Positions 9,028-18,356 of a stretch of 33,415 bases of DNA are shown piece after piece. The notes beneath the pieces are model-generated. The model saw only the letters and a list, made by a program, of their open reading frames with translations, was not told the DNA's origin and did not search any database. Position 1 is the stretch's first letter, and every line of letters begins with the position of its first letter. The position numbers were made by a program, and so were the translations under genes. Source of the stretch: Candidatus Infernicultor aquiphilus (lineage in GTDB: Bacteria; Atribacterota; Phoenicimicrobiia; Phoenicimicrobiales; Phoenicimicrobiaceae); the NCBI GenBank assembly GCA_001873345.1, contig MNYY01000107.1, positions 1 to 33,415 of the forward strand, given 5' to 3'.

Positions 9028-10545
9028 ATGCCCAAAAAACTCTCCGCCAATATGCTCTATAACTACGTCAAATGTCCTCACCGTGTAAGATTAGATCTTT
9101 TTGGAGATTATTCAAAACAAGATCCCATCAGTGTATTTGTCAAATTATTATGGGAAAAGGGTACTGATTTTGAAAAACAAGTAATCCAGGGTTTGGAGTT
9201 ACCATTTTTAGATTTAAGCTCCTACTCAGGAATGGAAAGAGAAAAGCGAACCAAAGAAGCTATTGACCGTGGCGAAGATTTAATCTATGGTGGAAGAATC
9301 AGTACCGAGGGGCTGGTCGGCGAACCTGATCTTTTAAGAAAATATGGTAAGGGCTACATTAGCGGTGATATTAAGAGCGGTTCCGGTTTAGAGGGAGAAA
9401 ATGATACCTCCGAAGGTAAGCTGAAAGTCCACTATGCAGTCCAGCTTGCCCTTTATACCGATATCCTGGAAAGACTCGGTATATCGGGAGGCCGAACCCC
9501 TTTTATTTGGGATATCCAGGGACGAGAAATTGAATATGATTTAAATTCACCCCAAAGTATACGAAAAATAGAATCCTGGTGGGTTAGATATGAAAATTGT
9601 TTAGAGGCAGTTAGTAAAATAGCGAACCAGGACTTAAAAACTTTGCCTGCCTATTCAGGAATATGCAAATTATGCCAATGGCGGACTTATTGCTTTAGAT
9701 GTTTAAAAAAGGCTAATGATTTAACCTTGATACCGGAACTGGGTCGGGTAAAAAGAGATGCGATGATTAGCTATATAGATTCCGTTTCTGATTTTGCCAC
9801 CATTGATTTGGAGATGTTTAAAAGGAAAAATAAAACCATTTTCCCAGGTATCGGGATAGAAAGCCTGCGAAAATTTCAAGAAAGAGCAATCCTTTTATCA
9901 AAAAAAGATTCCCAACCCTATTTGAAAGAGCAAGTCACCTTACCAGATGCCTCCACTGAATTATTTTTCGATATTGAGACCGATCCGCTGAGAGATATCT
10001 GCTATCTGCATGGTTTTCTGGAACGTCGCAATCGAGATACTACCACCGAGCGATATGTTTCTTTCTTTTCCGACCAACCAAATAAAGAAGAACAAAAACA
10101 AGCCTTTGGTAAAGCCTGGGAATTTATTCAAAGATCAATGCCCTGTATCATTTATTATTATTCACCCTATGAAAAAACCCAATGGAAAAAATTGCAAGAA
10201 AAATATCCCGAGGTGATGTCCAAAGACGATATAGAAGGGATGTTTAATTCCGGTTATGCAATTGATCTCTACCTTGATGTGGTGAAGAAAAAAACAGAAT
10301 GGCCCACTAATGATTACTCTATTAAAACATTAGCCTCCTATCTGGGATTTCGTTGGCGGGATACCAGTCCATCCGGTGCTGAATCTATTGAGTGGTATCA
10401 TCGATGGGTAGAGACCGGTGATGAAAACATAAAAAAGAGGATTCTCCAATACAATGAAGATGACTGTATTGCCACCCGCGTTTTATTGGAGGGTATTTGT
10501 TCATTACCTTTATTGTCAGGGGACGGTCCTTTGACAAAGTTTTAG
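9028..10545 (+). CDS. TM0106-family RecB-like nuclease with C-terminal RNase H-like/DnaQ-type domain
   Basis: N-terminal CP.R..L, PD-LL...GDIK and QLALY PD-(D/E)xK motifs, C..C.W...C cluster; FFDIET, YSIK..A..LGF.WRD, YNEDDC.AT. Start is ATG 9028 or TTG 9025. Confidence 0.85.
   Translation: MPKKLSANMLYNYVKCPHRVRLDLFGDYSKQDPISVFVKLLWEKGTDFEKQVIQGLELPFLDLSSYSGMEREKRTKEAIDRGEDLIYGGRISTEGLVGEPDLLRKYGKGYISGDIKSGSGLEGENDTSEGKLKVHYAVQLALYTDILERLGISGGRTPFIWDIQGREIEYDLNSPQSIRKIESWWVRYENCLEAVSKIANQDLKTLPAYSGICKLCQWRTYCFRCLKKANDLTLIPELGRVKRDAMISYIDSVSDFATIDLEMFKRKNKTIFPGIGIESLRKFQERAILLSKKDSQPYLKEQVTLPDASTELFFDIETDPLRDICYLHGFLERRNRDTTTERYVSFFSDQPNKEEQKQAFGKAWEFIQRSMPCIIYYYSPYEKTQWKKLQEKYPEVMSKDDIEGMFNSGYAIDLYLDVVKKKTEWPTNDYSIKTLASYLGFRWRDTSPSGAESIEWYHRWVETGDENIKKRILQYNEDDCIATRVLLEGICSLPLLSGDGPLTKF
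10513..10540 (+). repeat. Left REP palindrome of RAYT locus
   Basis: TTGTCAGGGGACGGTCCTTTGACAAAGT; imperfect palindrome, inverted relative to 11399-11427. Confidence 0.88.
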
Positions 10546-10592
10546 ATTATAGATATAATAAATTAAATAAAAAAAGATAAAAGGTAAACAAT

Positions 10593-11387
10593 ATGTCTAG
10601 ACAAAGAAGAAAATTAAGTTCAAGTCAAATTTATCATGTTATGCTTCGAGGTAATTCTGGAAGAGATATTTTTATTGATGATGAAGATAAGCATAGATTT
10701 TTAAATATTCTGACTAACAAGAAAAAGGATAATGAATTTGTTATTTATGCCTATTGTCTAATGGATAATCATATCCATTTACTTTTAAAAGAGAATAAAG
10801 ATAATATTTCTCATATAATGAAGAGGATTGGTACTGCTTATGCAGTGTATTTTAACAAAAAATACCAGCAGAATGGTCACCTCTTTCAAGATAGATTTAA
10901 GAGTGAAGTTATAGAAGGCGAACTATATTTATTAGCGGTTATCCGTTATATCCACAATAATCCCCTCAAGGCCAGATTAGTAAAATTGCCAGAAGATTAT
11001 AAGTGGAGTTCTTATTCTGAATATCTTAAAAATCGGACTAAAATGGTTATAGTAGAAGATATTTTAAAGCTATTTTCTAAGAATTTATCAAAAGCTCTCC
11101 CTTTATTTATGAAATTTTCTCAAGCAGAAGATAATCATGATTTTTTAGAATACAAAGAAGATAATCAGACTAAGAAAGATATAAATACTTATCAAAAGGC
11201 CTCTAATTTCCGTGACCAATATTTAAAAAGAAATCATTTTGAACTTATTTTATTAAGAAAGAGAAGAAACAAAATATTTCGTGATAAGCTGATAAGGGAA
11301 TTAAAGGAGAAATCAATATTATCGAATAGAGAAATCGCTAATCTTTTAGAGATTAATCGAGGAATTGTGCAATTAGTTAAGTTATAA
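10593..11387 (+). mobile_element. REP-associated tyrosine (HUH/Y1) transposase, RAYT/TnpA-REP-like, with C-terminal HTH-like extension
   Basis: YHVMLRG, AYCLMDNHIHLL (HUH), GHLFQDRFKS, RYIHNNP (catalytic Tyr), Y.WSSY; no tnpB; flanked by inverted palindromes. Confidence 0.9.
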
Positions 11388-11398
11388 AAAGTTTATAG

Positions 11399-11427
11399 AC
11401 TTTGTCAAAGGACCGTCCCTTGACAAA
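11399..11427 (-). repeat. Right REP palindrome of RAYT locus
   Basis: ACTTTGTCAAAGGACCGTCCCTTGACAAA; reverse complement of the left copy with one mismatch in the shared span. Confidence 0.88.
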
Positions 11428-11433
11428 TTATAG

Positions 11434-12039
11434 TCAGGAAATGATTCCGGTAATCTTTATCGCCGTATAGACCAGAAGAAGGGATAGGATAATGTTTAAA
11501 ATGGTTCTTAATTTTGCCTGATGCAAATATTGGTTAATGATTGCCCCGAATAAAGCCCAGGTTAAAATAGAGCAGAAGCCTAGGAGGGCAAAGCCCAATG
11601 AGAATAGAACTATATAGAAAAAATTGCCGATAAGGGGATTTAGAAAGACCGAATAAAGGGTCAAGCCATAAATGATTCCTTTAGGATTTAAAAATTGGAG
11701 CAATACACCTTTATAAAAACCCCAAAGATACTGATTAGTTTTTTCCTTAAAGGAAAAGCTAGTTTTAAAAGTGCCATAGGCTAAGTAGAGAATATAGGTC
11801 GCTCCAATCCAACGCAGGATAGGTTCAATAGAGGGAATGGCCGTGAGAAGCAGATTAGAAAAAAATCCACAAAGCAAAAGCAGTAAGAAAAATCCGGTAA
11901 TAATTCCAAAGAGGTAAGGCCTAGTTTTTTTAATTCCAAAATTAATACCCATAGAGGCGCAGCTCAGGTTATTAGGTCCTGGGGTGAAGGTAGTAATCAG
12001 AGCGAAGGGAATCAAAGCACTAAAGTCTATTAAGTTCAT
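11434..12039 (-). CDS. LysE/RhtB family exporter (EamB-like)
   Basis: TPGPNN, G..YILYLA, LQFLNPK; about 6 TM segments. Confidence 0.9.
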   Translation of the reverse strand: MNLIDFSALIPFALITTFTPGPNNLSCASMGINFGIKKTRPYLFGIITGFFLLLLLCGFFSNLLLTAIPSIEPILRWIGATYILYLAYGTFKTSFSFKEKTNQYLWGFYKGVLLQFLNPKGIIYGLTLYSVFLNPLIGNFFYIVLFSLGFALLGFCSILTWALFGAIINQYLHQAKLRTILNIILSLLLVYTAIKITGIIS

Positions 12040-12111
12040 TTTTCTTCCCTCCCCGATTATTTATTTTGAATTATAATTTTTGGATTCAGGCAGTAAGTAA
12101 AAGTGTTTATC

Positions 12112-12171
12112 AATTTACAGTAAAAAAGTTCTATTGTCAAGAAATTTACATAAATTTACATAAGTTACAAA
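12112..12171 (-). promoter_or_regulatory. Putative sigma70 promoter for the LysE gene with adjacent 10-bp-period direct repeats
   Basis: Minus-strand TTGACA (12140-12135)-N17-TAAATT; AAATTTACAT x2 plus AAGTTACAAA at 12142-12171. Confidence 0.45.
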
Positions 12172-12281
12172 ACCTGCTAAAATTAAAAATGTTTAAGAAT
12201 AGTTAAACTTATTATATAATTTAACCGAATAATGGGTGAACTCAAGGATGATTTAAAAATAGAATATAGATAGGGTAAGGC

Positions 12282-13223
12282 ATGAGTAAAAAGATTAAAA
12301 ATGTCTGTGTATATGGTGTAGGAGGCGTTGGTGGATATTTTGGCGGGAAGATAGCTTATGAAATTAGTAAAGGTAAGCATGCTATACAGGTCTATTTTAT
12401 AGCCCGAGGAGAACATTTAAAAGCCATTCGAAAACAGGGGTTACATTTACTTACTGATAAAGGAGAATTTGTTTGCTATCCGAATGTTGCTACAGATAAG
12501 GTAGAACAAATTCCTATCCCAGATTTATACTTATTGTGTGTAAAAGGGTATGACCTGGATAATACTGTTGCATCAATTTCAAAAAAGATACACCATGATA
12601 CCATAATTCTTCCCTTGCTTAATGGAGTAGATATCTATGAACGTATCAGGACCAATTTGCATCAAGCGATAGTTTCGCCTGCCTGTGCCTATGTTTCCTC
12701 TAGTATTGAAAACCCCGGGACGATCAGACAAAAAGGTCCTGAGGGGCAGATCGTATTTGGTAAAGACCCAAAATATGTAGATTATAATTATACGTATCTT
12801 ATTGAGTTCTTTAATGAGATGGGAATTGGCAACACCTGGTATGATAATCCCTATCCGGTAATATGGGAAAAGTATATATTTATCACTGCGCTTAGTTTAA
12901 TGACCGCTTATTCAGGAAAAACGATAGGAAAAGTACTCGCTGATGATAAGTTAAAGAGTATGACGGAAAATATTATGAAAGAAGTTGTTTTAATTGGGAG
13001 AGCAAAAAATATAGATTTTGAGCAAGATATAGTGGAAAAAACTCTACAAAAAGCCAGGAATTTTCCCTACGAAACCAAGACCTCCTTTCAAAGAGATTAT
13101 GAAAAAGGGAATGCCAGACATGAGGGAGATATTTTCGGAGGGACTTTAATCCGTTGGGGAAAAGAATATAATATTTCAATTCCCATCATTACAGAGGTGT
13201 ATGGAGCGTTAATGGCACGGTAA
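12282..13223 (+). CDS. panE: 2-dehydropantoate 2-reductase
   Basis: G.GGVGG.FG, ARGEHL, CVKGYDL, LLNGVD, WEKY, TSFQRD. Confidence 0.88.
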   Translation: MSKKIKNVCVYGVGGVGGYFGGKIAYEISKGKHAIQVYFIARGEHLKAIRKQGLHLLTDKGEFVCYPNVATDKVEQIPIPDLYLLCVKGYDLDNTVASISKKIHHDTIILPLLNGVDIYERIRTNLHQAIVSPACAYVSSSIENPGTIRQKGPEGQIVFGKDPKYVDYNYTYLIEFFNEMGIGNTWYDNPYPVIWEKYIFITALSLMTAYSGKTIGKVLADDKLKSMTENIMKEVVLIGRAKNIDFEQDIVEKTLQKARNFPYETKTSFQRDYEKGNARHEGDIFGGTLIRWGKEYNISIPIITEVYGALMAR

Positions 13224-13259
13224 AATTTAAGAGGATCTTACTTTAGGAGGGAGAAATAA

Positions 13260-13601
13260 ATGTTGAAAGAATTAATCCAAGAAGGGTACGGGGTTAAAGA
13301 AGATTTAAATTGTGCCGAAACTATTTTGTATGCTGCTAATCAGGTTTATCATCTTAACTTAAACTCAGATTCTCTAAAACTGGCCGCTACCTTTGGTGGG
13401 GGGATGGGAATTGAAAGTGTCTGGGGTGTATTGGCTGGTTCTCTTATGGTTTTAGGAAGGCTTTTTATTAAAGAGACTGCTCACAAACATCCTGAAATTA
13501 AAGAATTAAGTAAAGAATTATTTGATACTTTTCAAAAGGAAATGGGCGATATTCTGTGTAAACCATTAAAAAATAATAGAGAAAAGGAGAAGTTAGTATG
13601 A
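13260..13601 (+). pseudogene. C_GCAxxG_C_C family redox protein, degraded or truncated
   Basis: LNCAE and FGGGMG retained; expected CGA reads WGV; ends just after ILC..L with no final Cys helix. Confidence 0.6.
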
Positions 13602-14146
13602 GTGAGATTATTGACTACAAGATTTATGGGGATGACATGCAGATTGTGGAGATTGAATTAGATCCAGGTGAAGGGATAAGGGCTGAAGCAGGGGCAATGA
13701 TGTATATGGACGAAAAAATAGAAATGCAAACTTCTACTGGAGGAGGCTTGTTTAAAGGATTTAAACGTATAATCACTGGTGAGTCTTTCTTTATCACCAC
13801 TTTTCTTAATCAGGGAAATGGAAAAAGTCATATTGCCTTTGGAGCCCCTTTTCCAGGTAAGATAATTCCTCTGGAGATAGATAAACTGGGCGGAAAATTT
13901 TTATGCCAGAAAGATTCTTTCTTATGTGCGGCGAGAGGGATTGAAATTGAAGTAGCCTTTACTAAAAAGATTGGAGCCGGACTTTTCGGAGGAGAAGGTT
14001 TTATCCTGCAGCGATTGGAAGGCGATGGGTTGGCTGATCGAATTATTGCCGCCTCTCGTTTTCATAAAAGAGAAGAACAAAAGGGCATTGCAGGTTTCGG
14101 CGGTAACATTTTAGGTGGAATATTAGGGGGAGATAAAAAATTTTAA
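13598..14146 (+). pseudogene. TIGR00266/AIM24 family protein with in-frame internal deletion
   Basis: AEAGAMMYM, GESFF, CQKDSFLCAA, GGEGFILQRLEGDGLA jumps directly to DRII; the usual third repeat is absent; only 182 aa. Confidence 0.7.
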
Positions 14147-14272
14147 ATTATTAATCAAGGGCTTGACAGCAGGAAGTACTAAAGGATAAGATAGGTCATT
14201 AATAGAAAATATTTAGTTAGATTAAGTTTTTATTCTTCTGGAAGAAAATATAAAATAAAAGGGAAGGTTAAT

Positions 14273-15751
14273 ATGAAAATACTTCTTGTTTACCCTGAGT
14301 ATCCAGAGACTTTCTGGAGCTTTAAATATGCCTTAAAGTTTATTTCTAAAAAAGCGAGTCTCCCACCTTTGGGGTTGTTAACTGTAGCTGCCTTGCTTCC
14401 TAAGGAATGGGAGAAAAAGCTGGTAGATATGACCTTAATAGAATTAATTGATAGAGACATTAAGTGGGCTGATTATATATTTATTAGTGCTATGTCTATT
14501 CAGAAGGAATCTGTGAAGAAGATAGTTGATAAATGCAAAAAGTTAGGGGCTAAGATAGTGGCAGGCGGTCCACTTTTTACCTCTGAATATGAAGATTTTA
14601 AGGAGATAGATTATTTTGTACTTAATGAAGCTGAAATTACTTTGCCTTCTTTTTTAAAAGATTTAGAAGAAGGACATCCTAAACATCTTTACACTTCGGA
14701 TCAATGGGTAGATATAAAAAATACACCTATTCCACTTTGGGAACTAGTTGATCTAAATAAATATGCCACTATGTGCATTCAATATTCTCGAGGTTGTCCC
14801 TTTAATTGTGAATTTTGTGATGTTACCTTACTTTTTGGGCATAAAATGCGGCTTAAAATTAAAGATCAGATACTCGCAGAATTAGATAGTCTCTACTCAC
14901 GGGGATGGAGAGGTGGAGTATTTATTGTCGACGACAATTTTATCGGCAACAAGAGAGAGTTAAAAAACGAGGTACTTCCCGCCATAATTGATTGGATGGA
15001 AGAGCGAAAACATCCTTTCTCTTTTACTACTCAGGCTAGCATAAATCTATCCGATGATGAGGAGCTTATGCAGTTAATGGTTCGGGCCGGATTTGGTTCA
15101 GTATTTGTGGGTATTGAGACTCCTAATGAAGAGAGTTTAGCTGAATGCAACAAATTGCAAAATAAAAATCGTGATCTAATAGCTTGTGTTAAAAGGATGC
15201 AAAAATCTGGTTTAATAGTTAATGGAGGATTTATTGTGGGCTTTGATAATGATCCGCCTTTAATTTTCGAAAGAATAATTGAATTCATTCAAAAAAGTGG
15301 AATTGTAAGTGCTATGGTCGGATTATTAAATGCTCCTCGCGGCACCAAACTTTACCAGAAACTGGTTAAGGAAAATAGATTGCTTCAGGAAGCTTCTGGT
15401 GATAATACTGACCTTTCTATTAACTTTATCCCTAAAATGAAATATAAAACGCTTATTGATGGTTATAAAAAAGTATTAAGTACAATTTATTCCCCCAAAT
15501 ATTACTATGCACGTCTCCTGACCCTTTTAAAGAATACTAAACCTTTACAAAAAAATAAATATCAATTCCATCTTTATTATCTTACCGGATTTTTTAAATC
15601 TATCTGGCATCTGGGTATAGTAGGGAAGGAAAGAACTTATTATTGGAAACTCTTTTTCTGGTCTTTATTTCGACGCCCACAACTTCTTCCTATGGTAATA
15701 ACCTACGCTGTATATGGATTCCATTTCCGTAAGATTTACGAAAATTATTAA
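14273..15751 (+). CDS. B12-binding radical SAM protein (DUF4070-type C-terminus)
   Basis: PPLGLLTVAA, VAGGP, SRGCPFNCEFC (CxxxCxxC), DDNFIGN, FVGIET, GFIVGFDND. Confidence 0.9.
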   Translation: MKILLVYPEYPETFWSFKYALKFISKKASLPPLGLLTVAALLPKEWEKKLVDMTLIELIDRDIKWADYIFISAMSIQKESVKKIVDKCKKLGAKIVAGGPLFTSEYEDFKEIDYFVLNEAEITLPSFLKDLEEGHPKHLYTSDQWVDIKNTPIPLWELVDLNKYATMCIQYSRGCPFNCEFCDVTLLFGHKMRLKIKDQILAELDSLYSRGWRGGVFIVDDNFIGNKRELKNEVLPAIIDWMEERKHPFSFTTQASINLSDDEELMQLMVRAGFGSVFVGIETPNEESLAECNKLQNKNRDLIACVKRMQKSGLIVNGGFIVGFDNDPPLIFERIIEFIQKSGIVSAMVGLLNAPRGTKLYQKLVKENRLLQEASGDNTDLSINFIPKMKYKTLIDGYKKVLSTIYSPKYYYARLLTLLKNTKPLQKNKYQFHLYYLTGFFKSIWHLGIVGKERTYYWKLFFWSLFRRPQLLPMVITYAVYGFHFRKIYENY

Positions 15752-15771
15752 TTATACTGGTAACAAAAGTT

Positions 15772-15800
15772 TTGACTGAACTTGACATCTATGTTATAAT
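15772..15800 (+). promoter_or_regulatory. sigma70/sigmaA promoter of the T-box leader
   Basis: TTGACT-N17-TATAAT with an extended -10 TG. Confidence 0.75.
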
Positions 15801-15819
15801 TTTAAAAATGAATATTTAA

Positions 15820-16111
15820 AAGCTAAGCGTGGGAGAAGTAGCAGATTACAAAATTGGACAGAGAGTCGTTTATGGTGAGAATCGACAAAAGATTTTAAAT
15901 AATTTGTGAAATGGACCCACAAGCTTCGGGCTAAAAGGGCTAAAATAGCCTGAGTAAGTTTTGACGGATTTTTCCACCGTGAAAAGGAAAAGTATATCGG
16001 TATATAATTAATGTACTGGTATTCTATAGAGTAGGATTTTCTAAATAAAAATCCTATTAGAGTGGTACCACGGAATTAACCTTTCGTCTCTCAGAGATGA
16101 AAGGTTTTTTT
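15820..16111 (+). ncRNA. T-box riboswitch, Trp specifier
   Basis: Stem I base GTGGG/CCCAC, AGAGA and GGTGAGAA motifs, specifier GAAA-TGG-A (TGG 15912-15914), AGTA box, stem III TAGGATTTT/AAAATCCTA, T-box AGAGTGGTACCACGG (16059-16073), terminator 16078-16111. Confidence 0.92.
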
Positions 16112-16149
16112 ATTTACAATTTATATTATATACCCATATGCCATATAAG

Positions 16150-16272
16150 AGGAGTTTAATAATTAAGACTGTATATTATATTAATTTATTAGACTCAATA
16201 AGGGTGGCACCGCGGAAAAATAGCTCTCCGTCCCTATTATTAAAATAAGCTGGGATGGAGAGCTATTTTTTT
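16150..16272 (+). ncRNA. Second, partial T-box module (stem III plus antiterminator/terminator, no stem I)
   Basis: GAGTTTAATAA/TTATTAGACTC hairpin, AATAAGGGTGGCACCGCGG, CCGTCCCT partner, terminator AAAAATAGCTCTCCGTCCC...GGGATGGAGAGCTATTTTTTT. Confidence 0.88.
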
Positions 16273-16289
16273 AACCAAGGAGGTGCAAT

Positions 16290-16319
16290 ATGTTCATATT
16301 ACGTAATTGGCCCCCTTAA
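16290..16319 (+). CDS. Putative leader peptide MFILRNWPP (9 aa)
   Basis: AAGGAGGTG at 16277-16285 before ATG; contains a Trp codon; ends Pro-Pro-stop inside the palindrome GCCCCCTTAAGGGGGC (16310-16325). Confidence 0.55.
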   Translation: MFILRNWPP

Positions 16320-16408
16320 GGGGGCAAAGACTATTTTCAAAAGAGAGTAATAGAAATAAAAGAAAACTTAATTAGAGAAAATAATTTTAAAAATAAAAGG
16401 AGAAAAAG

Positions 16409-17767
16409 ATGAAAAGAGTTAAATTTGTTCTTGATGAAAAAGAAATGCCGACTACCTGGTATAATATTCTGGCCGATTTACCTGAATCACTTCCACCTCC
16501 TTTGCACCCGGCAACCAGGAAACCAATTAAGCCTGATGACCTTACTCCCTTATTCCCCATGGCTTTAATTGAACAGGAAATGAGTACCCAGCGGTATATT
16601 GAAATTCCGGAAGAAGTACAGGATATTTATCGAATGTGGAGGCCAACTACCCTTTATCGGGCCTGGAGATTAGAGAAAGCATTGGATACACCGGCTAAGA
16701 TTTATTATAAATATGAAGGGAGTAGTCCTTCTGGAAGTCATAAACCCAATACTGCAGTAGCTCAAGCTTACTATAATAAAAAAGAAGGAATTAAGCGAAT
16801 AACTACTGAAACGGGAGCAGGTCAGTGGGGTAGTGCCTTATCTTTTGCTGGTGCCTGTTTTGGTCTGGAGATTAAAGTATATATGGTTAAAATCAGTTAT
16901 ATGCAAAAACCTTATCGTAGAGTAATGATGCAGACCTGGGGGGCAAACTGTATTCCTAGTCCTTCTCCTGATACCCAAGCCGGGAGAGATATGTTGGCTA
17001 AAGATCCTGATTGTCCCGGAAGTCTTGGTCTGGCTATTAGTGAGGCGGTAGAGGAGGCCGCTAAGCGTGATGATACCCATTATTCCTTAGGAAGCGTATT
17101 AAATCATGTCTTGCTGCATCAGACTATCATTGGATTAGAATCAAAGAAGGTTATGGAACAGATTGGTGAATATCCCGATATTATTATTGGATGTGTGGGG
17201 GGAGGATCAAACTTTGCCGGTCTTTTCTTACCATTTTTAAAAGATAAAATTGAAGGGTTGAAGCCTGATTTAAGGATAATATGTGTTGAACCGGCAAGTT
17301 GTCCGACTTTAACCAGGGGTCCTTATAGTTATGATTATGGTGATGTAGCTGGGCTTACTCCTTTATTAAAGATGTATACTCTGGGACATGGTTTTATTCC
17401 TCCACCAGTTCATGCCGGAGGTTTGAGGTATCATGGTATGGCTCCTATTATCAGTCATTTACTTAAATTAGGATTAGTTGAAGCACGAGCAGAACACCAA
17501 TTGGGGACTTTTCAGGCTGGAGTGACCTTTGCCAGAAATGAAGGTATTATTAGTGCTCCGGAAACCAACCATGCCATTAGAGCTACTATCGATGAAGCAC
17601 TTAAATGTAAAGAATCTGGAGAGGCAAAAACTATATTATTAGGTCTTAGTGGACATGGTCATATGGATATGGCTGCATATGAGGCTTATTTTGCCGGAAA
17701 ATTAAAAGATTATGCCTATCCTAAGGAAAAAATTGAAGAAGCCTTAAGAGAATTACCAAAAATTTAA
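16409..17767 (+). CDS. trpB2: TrpB2, stand-alone tryptophan synthase beta-like PLP enzyme
   Basis: P..WYNI.ADL N-terminus, GSHKPNTA (PLP Lys), [33 protein letters not shown]; no trpA nearby. Confidence 0.93.
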   Translation: MKRVKFVLDEKEMPTTWYNILADLPESLPPPLHPATRKPIKPDDLTPLFPMALIEQEMSTQRYIEIPEEVQDIYRMWRPTTLYRAWRLEKALDTPAKIYYKYEGSSPSGSHKPNTAVAQAYYNKKEGIKRITTETGAGQWGSALSFAGACFGLEIKVYMVKISYMQKPYRRVMMQTWGANCIPSPSPDTQAGRDMLAKDPDCPGSLGLAISEAVEEAAKRDDTHYSLGSVLNHVLLHQTIIGLESKKVMEQIGEYPDIIIGCVGGGSNFAGLFLPFLKDKIEGLKPDLRIICVEPASCPTLTRGPYSYDYGDVAGLTPLLKMYTLGHGFIPPPVHAGGLRYHGMAPIISHLLKLGLVEARAEHQLGTFQAGVTFARNEGIISAPETNHAIRATIDEALKCKESGEAKTILLGLSGHGHMDMAAYEAYFAGKLKDYAYPKEKIEEALRELPKI

Positions 17768-17779
17768 AATAAAATATTT

Positions 17780-17838
17780 AGGTAAGGGGATTTTTCTATC
17801 TTATTTTACTCTAAAACAATAGAAATTTCCCCTGCCTG
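17780..17838 (+). terminator. Long imperfect hairpin after trpB2
   Basis: AGGTAAGGGGA.TTTTCTAT ... ATAGAAA.TTCCCCTGCCT; no clear U-tract. Confidence 0.4.
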
Positions 17839-17946
17839 AATATACCAAATCAAGAAATTTCCTTTTTGAAAAACTACTATTATAAATAATGGTTGTAACC
17901 CAAAAAGTAAACAAACCTGTCCTCGACCTGATTGGGGAATGGTAAT

Positions 17947-18004
17947 GTAGGGGTCGGATTTATCCGACCCGCTTATTTACGGGTTCGATAAATCGAACCC
18001 CTAC
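17947..18004. repeat. GTAG-type REP doublet (REPIN-like)
   Basis: GTAGGGGTCGGATTTATCCGACCCG (17947-17971) and inverted GTAGGGGTTCGATTTATCGAACCCG (18004-17980), 8-nt spacer. Confidence 0.85.
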
Positions 18005-18356
18005 AATATAATTATAACCAAAAAATTATAATTTACTATAAAATTATCTACAACGCACTAAATATATAATCTATTGAAAATATTTTTGGCTTTTTGGGAA
18101 ATAACCAATAATTATATAAATTAGTGAAAATCTATTTTTTATTTTCAGGAGACTACCTACCTCTATTCCTATTTTAAACTCCATATTTTCTTTAAAATTT
18201 ATTTGAATTAATATTTTATTGATTACTTTAAAAAAAAGAAGGATTTTTTAGATTTAATGTAGTATTTAAGATAAAAGAGTTTTAAAAAATATTTTATTTA
18301 AAATTTAAGTAGTATAGTATAATAAATATAATCATAATAATAGGAGGTTTAAAGAG

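Noticed and set aside
9028-10545. Cas4/CRISPR interpretation of the nuclease
   Set aside because: The architecture fits the stand-alone TM0106 family; no array or other cas genes.
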